Origin: Azolla caroliniana | Taxonomy: Eukaryota > Plantae > Polypodiophyta | Length of the DNA: 64,000 nucleotides | Assembly: GCA_043228905.1 (NCBI GenBank) | Contig: JBHGNT010000014.1 | Coordinates: 4,836,001-4,900,000 of the forward strand | Direction of reading: 5' to 3' | The notes under the pieces: generated by a model | Databases searched by the model: none | Seen by the model: the letters and a program-made list of their open reading frames with translations, nothing else | Told to the model about the DNA's origin: nothing | Made by a program: the position numbers and the translations under genes | In this document: piece after piece, positions 1 to 10,413 of the stretch | Numbering within the stretch: position 1 is the stretch's first letter | Layout: each line of letters opens with the position of its first letter

Positions 1-252
1 AGTTCGCGAGTCTGAGTATCACACTTTGATACAATGCTCTGCCTTTGATCATATTCGACCATGCTTTCCACATCTCTTCGACCGAGCCCAATCTTTGCAT
101 AAATTCCTCACAACCACAATGTGCACTCTCGATTGCAACATTCATTGGTAAAGTTCTTGAACATCGAGAGTCACTACTCACTTTCACACGTATCACGTGA
201 AATGTAATATTTTTGGTCTCATAGGTCATATTTAACCTCTGAACACGATAAT

Positions 253-310
<58 letters not shown>
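1..310 (+). mobile_element. 3' end of a non-LTR retrotransposon (LINE, RTE-X-like C-terminal zinc finger) with (TC)n tail
   Basis: 1-255 is a close copy of 396-652. It encodes the decayed ESEYHTLIQC zinc-finger end and a 3'UTR, followed by (TC)n at 257-310. The clade assignment is inference. Confidence 0.65.
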
Positions 311-312
<2 letters not shown>

Positions 313-668
313 CAATCAAATGCATTGCGATTTGAGACGGGGCATTGGGGCAAAAGTGATGAGAGTGGTCGGCTATGCACACTTTGCCCTAAACAAGTTC
401 GAGAGTCTGAGTATCACACTTTGATACAATGCTCTGCCTTTGATCATATTCGACCATGCTTTCCACATATCTTCGACCAAGCCCAATCCTTCCACAAATT
501 TCTCTCACAACCACAATGTGCACTCTCGATTGCAACATTCATTGGTAAAGCCCTTGAACATTGAGAGTCATTACTCACTTTCACACATATCGCGTGAAAT
601 GTAATATTTTTGGTCTCATAGGTCATATTTGACCGCCGAAGACGATAATAGAATCTATCTATCTATCT
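311..668 (+). mobile_element. 5'-truncated LINE 3' end with CCHC-type zinc finger and (ATCT)n tail
   Basis: ORF 325-564 RFETGHW...RLCTLCPKQVRESEYHTLIQC matches the L.IETGR...R.C..C....E.E.H....C motif at LINE ORF2 ends. It ends in aatctatctatctatc at about 652-667 and starts right after the previous copy's (TC)n tail. Confidence 0.7.
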
Positions 669-1029
669 TCTCTTCAAGTTTATTTTAGCCATAACTTGGT
701 CATATGTGGTTTCATTTTGACAAGCTATGGCTTGAATCAAAGCTCACAACAAGACATATGATATGCTTAAGGAAGATCAATTCTATAATCAACTTAAATA
801 GATTTCAAAAGTATACTTCTCGAAAGGGGGCCACAAAGTCTGGGACTATGATCAATAATGAGCCAAGATCACCAATGATTCTTGATATTAATGCAACAAA
901 TTCAACCAATGGAGAACATGCTTATGAGTCACGTGATTTCTCTTCACAAAACTATAAACAAGCAAGGTGAAGAGATTAGGACAATAATGAAGGAGAATAC
1001 AAAACTGCAAATTGTTGTTATTAAGAATC

Positions 1030-1176
1030 GGGATCTTTAAGGTGAGATTCAAGAATGTAAGAAAGCTTCATAAGAAACAAATGATGTAGTCACCATGGTT
1101 TTATTGTATGCGGATGATGTAGTGCTTTTTGCGAATACTTTATGAGATGCACAAACGCTTATAAGGGCATTGGATG
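1030..1176 (+). mobile_element. LINE reverse-transcriptase fragment (YADD box)
   Basis: From 1095 it reads MVLLYADDVVLFANTL*DAQTLIRALDE: a non-LTR RT YADD motif with an in-frame stop. Confidence 0.7.
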
Positions 1177-1274
1177 AATATAAGATAGGAAAATAGAGAA
1201 GAGAGAGAAAGAAGGGTGCCGATCCACCCGATCACCCTTCTTTCTCTTTCTTCTCTATTTTCCTATCTTATATT
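1177..1274. repeat. 42-bp near-perfect inverted repeat (hairpin), 14-nt loop
   Basis: Arm 1177-1218 (aatataagataggaaaatagagaagagagagaaagaagggtg) is the reverse complement of 1233-1274 except for one position, a G.U pair in + strand RNA. Confidence 0.9.
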
Positions 1275-1591
1275 TGCTTATCTTTTGCTTAAACTAGGAT
1301 TAAGCTCTAACATAAGATGATGAGATTGAGAGAATAGGAGAGAGTGAGAATAATGGGAATGGTTACAAATGAGGAGTGGTCCTCCTTATATAGGCCAAAT
1401 ATGAGCGTTGGGACTAGCCATTGGGGCTAACCATTGGGCTAGCCCTTGCGTGGTTCCCTTGGAACTACCCGTTGGGACTAGATTGTCCCAACCCAAGGTG
1501 GCGCCTTCTTTGGGATTAGGATTGGCCCCCTTGGTGAGTCCCAACTCAAGTTGGGACTATGTCCAAGTTGGGACAACCTAGGTACATCACA
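1233..1591 (-). mobile_element. Probable LTR fragment
   Basis: The minus strand starts TGTGATGTACC at 1591 and contains short gggacta/gggcta repeats and a TATA-like cctatataag. No partner LTR or TSD was seen. Confidence 0.3.
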
Positions 1592-2589
1592 ATTTTGTAG
1601 TTTGAATGAGATCCTTGTGCAAGATTCCACTCAGCATTTAAAGCTCTTCTTCTAAGAGCATATTCTATGTATCTTGGATAGCACATGTGTGTGAGTGTGC
1701 ACTCCACCTTGTATATTCTTTTAAGTGGTAGGCTCTTGTTTTGCACAACTGCTTCTACTTCTTTAATCCCTCCTATTTGTTAAACCCCATAATTGTTTTT
1801 AGTTTCTATATCTCTCTACCTTTAGATAATTCAGAAAACCGTCATTCTATCTTCTACTTCCTAACAATGCTCATTCCCAACAATCCCGAGGGATTTCAAA
1901 ACCACCTAGATGTTCTCTATGTTTCTCCAAAAGCTTGGTTAACCTAAACATGTGCATGCCGTGGGGTACTAGAGAGACAATGCACACATATCAGTTTGTG
2001 GAGCCACAAACTTACAATCTAGAGATGAAGAACTCTTTGATTTCTGACATTGACTGGACTATAAATATCCCCATAACCTACCTTACATTACACACGATAG
2101 CCCAATAAAGGACTCAAGAGAAAGAAAATTAAATAAACACATGTATAAAAATAGGAAAACTCTTGGTCACTAACGAGACTATGTTGTGTTAGTGACAAAA
2201 GATTGTATTCTTATTTTTGGTTGAAAACAGCTAGCAAAAGACTATGACTTATAGGGCAAATGTAAACAATTATCTATGATACACAAAGAGCATTCTGACT
2301 TCCAATCTTAACACCTGTAATTAAATCCCAAGGATATTCCTCGCTGCTTCTAAATTGACTTCAATTATCAACACCTAGTTGTTACTTCACAATGGTATTC
2401 TTGTTGCTACTAAATTGGCAAATGATTTTATCAATTCATTAGAATTTACAGGAATTTTACTTTAAATTGTGAATCACAATAACTGAAATTAAAAACAAAA
2501 AGGAAAAGCACCAAAATACTCCTAACTTCTTAAGTTTTCTCCTCGCTACACCTAAGTTTTTCAAATTCTCAAGAATACCCCCTCTGCAG

Positions 2590-2614
2590 TTTAGGGTTTA
2601 GGGTTTAGGGTTTA
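2590..2614 (+). repeat. Interstitial plant telomere repeat (TTTAGGG)x3.5
   Basis: tttagggtttagggtttagggttta read directly from the sequence. Confidence 0.85.
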
Positions 2615-2801
2615 TTTTCAAATCAATACTATCAATGGGTATTCTGGAAAGTTGGAGATCTTAGTGTTTTCTGATAAATAACCAAAAGTTAAATGGTATT
2701 TTTGTGCTTTTCCCTGAATACTGTTACTGAGTCTGAACTTTTTAGTTGACATGAGACCAACATCTGTTTCAAAAGATGAAAACTGAGGACACAATACGCA
2801 C

Positions 2802-5800
2802 CTGATAGCTCATCAAGGTTGATCTTCCAATCTTGAGGACTGTCATTTAACCCATCTGACATATTAGAGAACCGGAATTTCACTCCATCTTGCACATATT
2901 GCCCTACTTTGATCAGATCCACTAGTTTGTTTGGCAAAAGATATTGGCAGAATTCTATGAAATCACGACGAATTGTTTGAAATACAACCTCATTAGCTTC
3001 CTGTACTTTTTCTCTTGTTTTCTCAATCCCTGTCATAAGGATGTCTATGGATTCAATAATGGAGGCCTTTCTTTCCTTGAACATTTTCAGACTTTCAGTC
3101 CTCTCTTTTATGGCAACTTGCTCTGCAAGCGATATGCCTTCATTCCCTGATTGTAAATGATTCAATTCTCCATTCATTTTCTGAAGCTTGTTCTTTGCAC
3201 GAATCAATCCATATCTATCTTTGATAGTGTCAATATCAATAACTTCACCTTCCTATTGCATTCACTAATAGAAGGTTAATGCTGCATCAGTCAGAAAATT
3301 AAGCACCTTTTATCTATAATTTATAGTTTGAAGATGTACCAAGGAGAGAGACGATTCTTTCAATTCATTTGCAACTTCCTGTTCTTCTTTCCATGAATGT
3401 TCCAACTCTTTCCTTAGTTTATCCATATCCTCGTGAATTTCATCAATAGCTTTTTGTGCATCCTCTATTGCTTTTTTAACAATAAAACTCATCTCTCTCT
3501 GAGAGTTCTCTTCTTGAACCATTTTTTCTATCGAGTCACTGACTTGCTCCAAGTCTCCTTTCAACTGAGACAACTCAGTTCTGTATGATTGAACTAAGCA
3601 TTCCAGCTCTTTTTTCTGATGCAATTTTTGCTTCAGGTCGATTCTATCTGCATCAATTTCTTCCTTCTGAGATTGACGCTTTGCAAGTGTTTCCATGATA
3701 TAATCTTCTTCCTCCTTCACTTCCTCAAGAGCATTCTTGAGATGTCCTTCCCAAATCACAGAGCTTGTATCATCAATAAATGCATCAAGATGCTTTAGGT
3801 TCATTTCTACATCAGTTTGGGCAAATATGATACATTTTTGAAATTGTTGAAGTTGTGCCTCAAGTTTAGAAGCTTCTTTTCTTAAAGACATAATCTGCAC
3901 AGAGTACAATACTTTAATATTTTTTCAATAGATTAATTATTTTGGCCTGTGTAGTTTACCTGTGATTCCACTAGGAGAATATCCTGAAATATAGCTTCTT
4001 CTTTCACTTTATATGTTTCAATATTCAGAGTTACTTTTTCAAGCATCCCTATTTCCTGTGAGAAAGACCAGTGCAGGATTTAAATAAATCCTCTTTTGTT
4101 TCAATTATATGTACTAAGCAATTATATAGACTGCGATCTACTATTTTATTCTTTGGAAGTGGACCAATGGAATCCGAGGGAATAAAGAAAAATTAGGGTA
4201 TATCTTGAATTTCTCTCTAAACTTATTAACACAATTTTCAGAGCAAATTTTGATGCAAAATATGTCAATTATCAGAAATCACAGAGTCGTTTTTCTTCCC
4301 AAAATCCATTAACATCCTATCAAGGGGACAGATATTATCACCTTCTCAATGCTGACTTGTGCAGAGTATAATGATGCTAACTTCTCATCTGCTTTCTCTT
4401 TCCTAAGCTTGATATGGAGATAACCGTTGTCTGAATTGTCACGCCACCCTCCTGAAACTGAGCCAGGTCTATTCACTTTTCCATCAAGAGTGACATTGCA
4501 AATGTTCTTAGTAACAAGGTCTATTCCAACATCATCTGACAAAGCAATCACAAATTTTCCAAACGCTCTGATTATGGCTTTTGCAAATCGATGGTCATAT
4601 TGAAGAAGATCGGTCGGATGGACTATGCTGCCTTCAGGATAGGAGTCCTCTATGGTCTTAGGGATTCTAAGCTCTTCCTCAAATTTAAGACGATCAAGTG
4701 GCCATATGCGGCAGAATTTTCCACCATTATTACTCTGATGATCCCATGCATCAAGTAGCCTGGCTGCTCTATCTGTTGTTTCAGTAACGCACACTTTCTT
4801 TATGAATCCTGAAGAACACATAATATATTTAATAAATAATAAGAAAGGACTTGTATGATATATTTGATCAATAATAAGAATGAATAAATTATCGAAAGAG
4901 GTGCCATATTCCCCTCAATTTTTCTTTATTTTTCGAAATGCCCTGCTTTTCTTTATTTCCCCAAATATACTTGGTTAACCCATGGTACCAGGAATTGAAC
5001 GCACATCATTGGCCTGGAAGGCTAAGAGTTATAGTCAATGCCAATGTATTATTATGACACCTCTAATCAGATCCAAACGTGAAAATCTCTATTCATTCAG
5101 CTCCTTTATGGAAAAGGGAGATGCCAAAGCATACGGGATGCTTTTTTCTACCAGCCAGCAGGGGTACCTCACCCCGTAAGCAAAGTGGAAATAATGAAAG
5201 CCTGTTACTTTTTTTTAACCTCACACTTAATCATTTCTCTTATTCTCAGTGAACCTCTTTGTTATAGAGTTGTCGCAAATAGACGTATTGACGGTAGGGG
5301 TCAACAAGAATTAATCATTGGGGATAGACAAACTGGTAATACAGCGGTGTCTACAGATACAATTCTGAATCACAAAGGTAGAAATGACATAGCTACTGGT
5401 TCAAAGACCTCCTCATTAGCCCAGGTAGTGAATACCTTTAAGGATCATGGAGCCATGGAATATACCATTGTTGTATTGGAGACAGTGAATCCTCCAACCA
5501 CTATGGAGCACTATTATATAGTCAATACATTGCCCTTTTCCCCAAGAATACATGATATATGAGTGCAATGATATGGCCAACATATTGCCCATTTTCTCTC
5601 TGTAGGGGTTGGGCAAGGGTGTTTGAAATATGACCAAAAACACAGGCATACGTTGCAATTATATTAGAAGTCCTAATTACACAACCTGCAATCACATTCA
5701 TTGCATCCAAGTACTTGTGAATTTCTGCAATCTCATGCTTGAACTTAAAACAAGAATGAAGAGACCATGCAGGTAAAGCTGATTCTTGTAAGGTAAGACT

Positions 5801-8800
5801 TCCAAGTTGTGCATTCATAATATGGATCTGGGTTAGAATTTCTTCTGATGACTTCCTCATCTCCACAATTTTATGATAATTGCTTTCCAACTTTTGTGCA
5901 GAATTCAAATCATTAGACTCTTTGAGCTTCAGGATCTGTAATTTTTCTTCCTTTTTTGCTTCCAAACGTATTTCCCACTGGGATATTTCTCTCTTTGTAA
6001 CTTGTAATGAGTCTTTCACATATTCTTCTTCGTTCTTTAATGTCTGGATCTTTCTTTCCGAAGCTTCAATATTCTTTTTGAGCTCATCCTTGTATTTATA
6101 CAAGCCATCTTGAAAATTAAATCTTCCCTTCTGATTCTTAAACCTTAACTCAAGTTTTTTTATGCTTTCCTGCTTTTCTTTTAGCCTCTTCTGAAGAATA
6201 GGAATTTCCATTTCAAGGCTGTCAATGGTGAACCCCATGCCGTCCAGATGACATTCCTGCAACTTGATTTGTTGGATTTTTGTCTCAAGTGCCACGATCT
6301 CCTCTTCTCTAATGGTTATTGTGTCCATGATTTGCATTTTTTTTGTATTCAAGTGACTATAAGAATCTCTTGATGTAGTTTTGCACTTCTTCAAATAAGC
6401 TCTTTTATCAGCTATGATGCTCTTTTTCTCCTGAATCAAACCTTCAAAGGATTTCATTTTTTCTTCTTTTTTGATGATTCCATCTTTAATTGCAATGTGC
6501 CTCTGCTGATAAAATATGTATATCTGTCTGGAGACATACATTATGTCTTTTTTTAACTGGAAAAAAAATCACCCAAGTAGCTTAGAAAATCATGCCATTT
6601 ATTTAGCTTCAGAATGCAGAAATATAAATTGCACAATGCACTTACTGTGCAAAAATCTAACTTGAGAAATAGTTATATCTTGCTAATATCAAACAGCAGG
6701 CCTAGCTTTTACTCAATGATGTGTTGAATAATGATTTATTATTGCTTGTTGTCAATTTTTTTATTTCGACAAATCAAATTCTTTATGCACAAGATTCCAC
6801 TTACATAAAGATTCATGCAATATATCTGGAGTCATGTAAGCAATGTGTCACAAATAAATATACTACGATCATGATATGCTTCCAGAAACATAGATATGGT
6901 TGTTCCAAAGCTAACCTGTTCTGCCCTCAGTAGTTTTTCTAGGCGCACATTATCTTTAGCAATGCTGCTTTCAAGCAGATGTATGTTCGCTTGAATTTCA
7001 TCAAGACCTTCTCTTGTGCTCTTTAGTTCTTTCCTCGCTGTATCCACTTCTTCATTCCATCTACCTGAATAGAAATTCCATAAGAGAAAATCAGTAGCCA
7101 TACTCAGTACTTTAAGTTTAACCTGGTAAACTTTAAGATGTTACAGAACATTGCAATAATTGATTTAGCAATAATCAAACTTACTATTTTTTTTATAGTT
7201 AAATCATTTTCTTTTAGTAACTGTTTGATCTTTCCAGGAATAAAGAATAGCAAGGCTCACCCTTCCGAGTTGTTCTCTAGAAAACGATTTTTCAAATGAG
7301 TGAAACTCATATCCCTTACCTTATCTGACATTTTGACTATTTAGTCGGTTTCAAAGGATGGCAATGCTTTCAGTTGGTTTTTAAAGAAGATCTGTGACGC
7401 GCTAAGAAGAAATGGTCCAGATCTCCCTCGGTGGTCTAGCACAATGGTACGGGCCAATCCGGATGGCGATTTGCACCCGGGAGAAACCACTTTTTCTAAG
7501 GAGCACAAAATTTTCAAACTTATATTGAAAATTACAATTTACTCGTTACTAGTTTGAATTATCAACATATTGATTACAAAAGTATACACCATTTTTCCTT
7601 CATTTAGATTATTGTTGTAAGTTCTAACCAAGGCTCTATTATCTGTGTCAAAAATTAAAGACTCCTAATGAAACTCACTAGGTCTACTCTAAGGATCATC
7701 ATTATAATCTAGATGGGGTATAAATTAATTTCCTTTATGAATCAACAAAGACATTGAAACCAAATAGCTTTTTCTACAAAAAATTCACAGCATTTATAAT
7801 GAAGGCCTGTTTCTTGTTATCTGTGTTTCAAAGGGTATCAATGCCATTGACATTGATATTGTCATCATGTGTCCACCCACACCCTTTAAATTTAAAGGAA
7901 TTAAATCAATGCGCTTGGGTCATAGCACGTCAGTCTGTTCAATGTTTTGAGCATTCTTTCCTATAGACTTGTAATAGACAGCTTTCAGCATAAACTAGTA
8001 AAGAGCACCCAAACTATGCAATTGTTTAGTTCTTGAACATGATTATGATAAAACACTTCCTAAATATAATTGGAATTGTAAAGGTCAGAGTCACCTGCTC
8101 CTGAAGCTGAAGATATGATCGAGGCTAATTTGAGAGGGGAATTCTTGTCAGCGAGTTCTGTAACATTCGACTGATGAACCACCGCAGACGTTTCATCTAA
8201 CTGAAGCCTGAGTTCTTTCAGCAAATCCTTCAAAAATAAATAATTCAGAACCCCTTTACACAAACGAATGTATATATAATCACAACAGGAGAGAATATAT
8301 TGAAAGGCATTACATAATATACCTTAACTTCTTTCATAGACTTTGGTTTCCCATTAATTTTGTACTGCCTGGCTTCATGAGGTAAAAGTTTCACAGACAA
8401 GTTTAAATTTGGTAACCCCTCTTTAGTAGAGCTGCCGCATAGGTGAATATCCAGAGAGACCTCACAAGGCTCTTTTGTTTCTGTGGATTGAAGCTCGGAG
8501 AGATGTCCAACACGAATGTGTGATGGTTTTGAGCAGAGGGCAAAGCAGATAGCATCTGCGTTTCAACCATAAAGACATGTAAACGTAGGGGCAGGAAGGA
8601 AAGAAAGAAAGATTAAGGTCTCATAATTAGCACAGAATCTATGTGCAATCAGCTCTGATAAGAAAGAAAGGTAGAATGAAAAGGCTTAAGGTCTTTATTT
8701 AGCAAAGAAACCGTGTGACAATAGCGCAGATGAGGAATAACGAAAGAAGCTTACAGTCTTAAGAAAGGAAGGGAGAACGAAGAAGCTTACTGTCTTAAGA

Positions 8801-9667
8801 AAAGAAGGTTTTATAATGAGCACGGAATCTGTGCTGGAAAAACTTGGATGAGTGATTAAGAAAGATCAATCAATCTATGAGAGATGAGCTGAAGGTCTTA
8901 TATCAGGACACAATCTGTGCGGAAATTCATAACAAAGCTCTGAAATTGAGCAGTTACACTTACCAAGAACATTGGACTTTCCACTGCCATTTGCACCAAC
9001 AATGAGATTGAAACCTTTGCAGAAGTTGAAGACCTGAACTTCATCTCCAAAGGACTTGAAGGCACGAATTCTGACCAAAATAGCTTTAGAAAAAGAAAGG
9101 TGAGAGAAGAAGGGATGAAAACATGCAGGCAAAAGCGAGAATTAGAACATCGAGAGGAAATGGCAGCTATCAGATGAGAGAAAATGTGACGAAATGCATG
9201 CAGGTAAAGCAAACAAATACTGATGCAGCAAAACCATGAGTGAAGAGGTGAAGAAAGAAACCGAGAGAAATCAAATAAGAGAAATGGCCAATATAGATGA
9301 GAGAAATTGCGAAAACGCAGAAAGGAGGCAAGAAAACTAAGATGCAGGAATCAGATGGGAGAAGAACCTAACAAGGAGAAAGGATCGGAGCAGGAAATCT
9401 GAGAGGGAGCTGCTGATGAGAAGAAATGCAGGAAAAAAGGAAAAGGTGCATAACGAAGTGAGAAGGGGATTGGCCAGTGATCAAGAGCAGGCAGAAGAAG
9501 GAAATCAGACGCACAGGATGGATGGATGGATTGGCTCAAGAGGGAGATTGAAATACAGGAAAAAGGTAAAGGAAAAACCTGAGAGAAGCGATGCGTGCAG
9601 GTGGAGATGGAGATGGAGGTGGAGCGCCATCGCTGGTGGTGATGGAGGTGGGGATCGCAGCTTCCAT
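2802..9667 (-). CDS. Divergent SMC-family ATPase (SMC2-like); at least 10 exons, C-terminal Walker B exon(s) not found in window
   Basis: GT-AG exons in frame: 9667-9579 (MEAAIPT..ARIASL), 9070-8964 (RIRAFKSF..Walker [12 protein letters not shown]), 8555-8323 ([27 protein letters not shown]), 8227-8095 (Q-loop-like AVVHQSNV), 7064-6916, about 6523-5686 (coiled coil; 5' boundary uncertain), 4808-4342 (hinge, [30 protein letters not shown]), 4055-3960, 3894-3340 (coiled coil), 3252-2802 ([10 protein letters not shown], start of the ABC signature). About 1040 aa visible. Confidence 0.85.
4984..5112 (-). pseudogene. trnG: Plastid-derived (NUPT) trnG-UCC 3' exon plus group II intron 3' end
   Basis: ggaattgaacgcacatcattggcctggaaggcta|gagttatagtc...ccaaacgtgaaa...ttcattcagctcctttatg resembles, from memory, the reverse complement of plastid trnG-UCC exon 2 and intron domains V/VI. 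It is degenerate and lies in an SMC intron. Confidence 0.65.
5293..5502 (+). pseudogene. atpA: Plastid-type ATP synthase alpha subunit fragment (NUPT)
   Basis: [54 protein letters not shown] versus atp[38 protein letters not shown]...[12 protein letters not shown]. Walker A K->N and an internal deletion. ATDTILN is the plastid rather than mitochondrial variant. Confidence 0.85.
7382..7491 (+). mobile_element. 110-bp Copia gag fragment in SMC intron 4, copy of 15237-15346
   Basis: Aligns at offset 7855 with only 3 mismatches (7387/15242, 7394/15249, 7429/15284). Confidence 0.9.
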
Positions 9668-9685
9668 GGCGTAGCAGGAGTAACT

Positions 9686-9704
9686 GGGTTTAGGGTTTAG
9701 GGTT
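9686..9704 (-). promoter_or_regulatory. Telo-box (AAACCCTA) pair in the 5' region of the SMC-like gene
   Basis: gggtttagggtttagggttt about 20-35 bp upstream of the ATG at 9667. Telo-boxes are established plant promoter/5'UTR elements. Confidence 0.55.
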
Positions 9705-9749
9705 TTACTGTAGTAATCATCATCGGAAGCTTCATGAGGAAATCACTGG

Positions 9750-10413
9750 TAACAGTCGGCAACGGTTCGGTTTGAACCGAACCGTGTATTAACGATTTAA
9801 ACGGCTCGGCTCGGTTCTAACCGTTAGAACCCGCGGTTTTAACGGTTTCGCGGGTTTTTTTTTTTTAAACAATCTTTTCATTTTCATGCCTTCTTCTCAT
9901 ATCTTAGAAAAATCTTTAAATTTTTAAATAATGAAAATTTTGAATTTTGAATTTTTGACCTAAGTTGAAAACGAAAACCGAACCACGATTTTAATGGTTT
10001 GGCAGTTTGATATTTTTTAAACAATTCGGTTTAACGATTTCGTGGTTCCGTTCTGTTCGGTTCAGTTTCAAAAATTTTAAGCACTTCGGTTTTGAGTTTT
10101 AATGGTTTAACAGTTTGAATTTTTTTAAACGGTTCGGTTTTAACAATTTGTGGTTCCGTTTTGTTCGGTTTTGAGTTTTAATAGTTTAACTCTTTGAATT
10201 TTTTAAAACGATTGGGTTTAGCGATTTGTGGTTCCGTTCTGTTCGGTTTAGTTTCAAAAAAAAATAACGGTTCATTTTTGAGTTTCGATGGTTTAACTGT
10301 TTGAATTTTTTTAAACGGTTCAGTTTAACGATTACGTTCAGTTCGGTTCAAGTTTCAAAATTTTTAAATGGTTCGGTTTTGACACTCTCAAACCGAACCA
10401 TTGCCGATTCTTA
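9750..10413. mobile_element. Non-autonomous TIR element (hAT-like MITE) with AACCG/CGGTT subterminal repeats
   Basis: Left end taacagtcggcaacggttcggtttga versus reverse complement of right end taagaatcggcaatggttcggtttga. Many internal ggttcggtt / aaccg motifs and decayed tandem units. No clear TSD. Confidence 0.7.

Noticed and set aside
1177-1274. miR156/miR529 family precursor (AGAAGAGAGAGA-like arm)
   Set aside because: Only the low-complexity purine run resembles those miRNAs; their 3' halves (GAGCAC / UACAGC) are absent.
3255-3310. Minus-strand [14 protein letters not shown] resembling the SMC D-loop (DAALD)
   Set aside because: It lies inside the short intron 3339-3253, is flanked by stops, sits upstream of the signature motif and lacks the Walker B DE. 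Treated as coincidence.
4984-5502. Functional tRNA-Gly or ATP synthase alpha gene
   Set aside because: Only fragments are present: half a tRNA with mismatches, and atpA with Walker A K->N and deletions, all inside an intron.
6640-6830. Additional micro-exons of the SMC-like gene between 6916 and about 6523
   Set aside because: One AG..GT candidate (about 6700-6646) has stops in all frames. The other (about 6825-6805, IYCMNLY) is open but has no supporting evidence; unresolved without cDNA.
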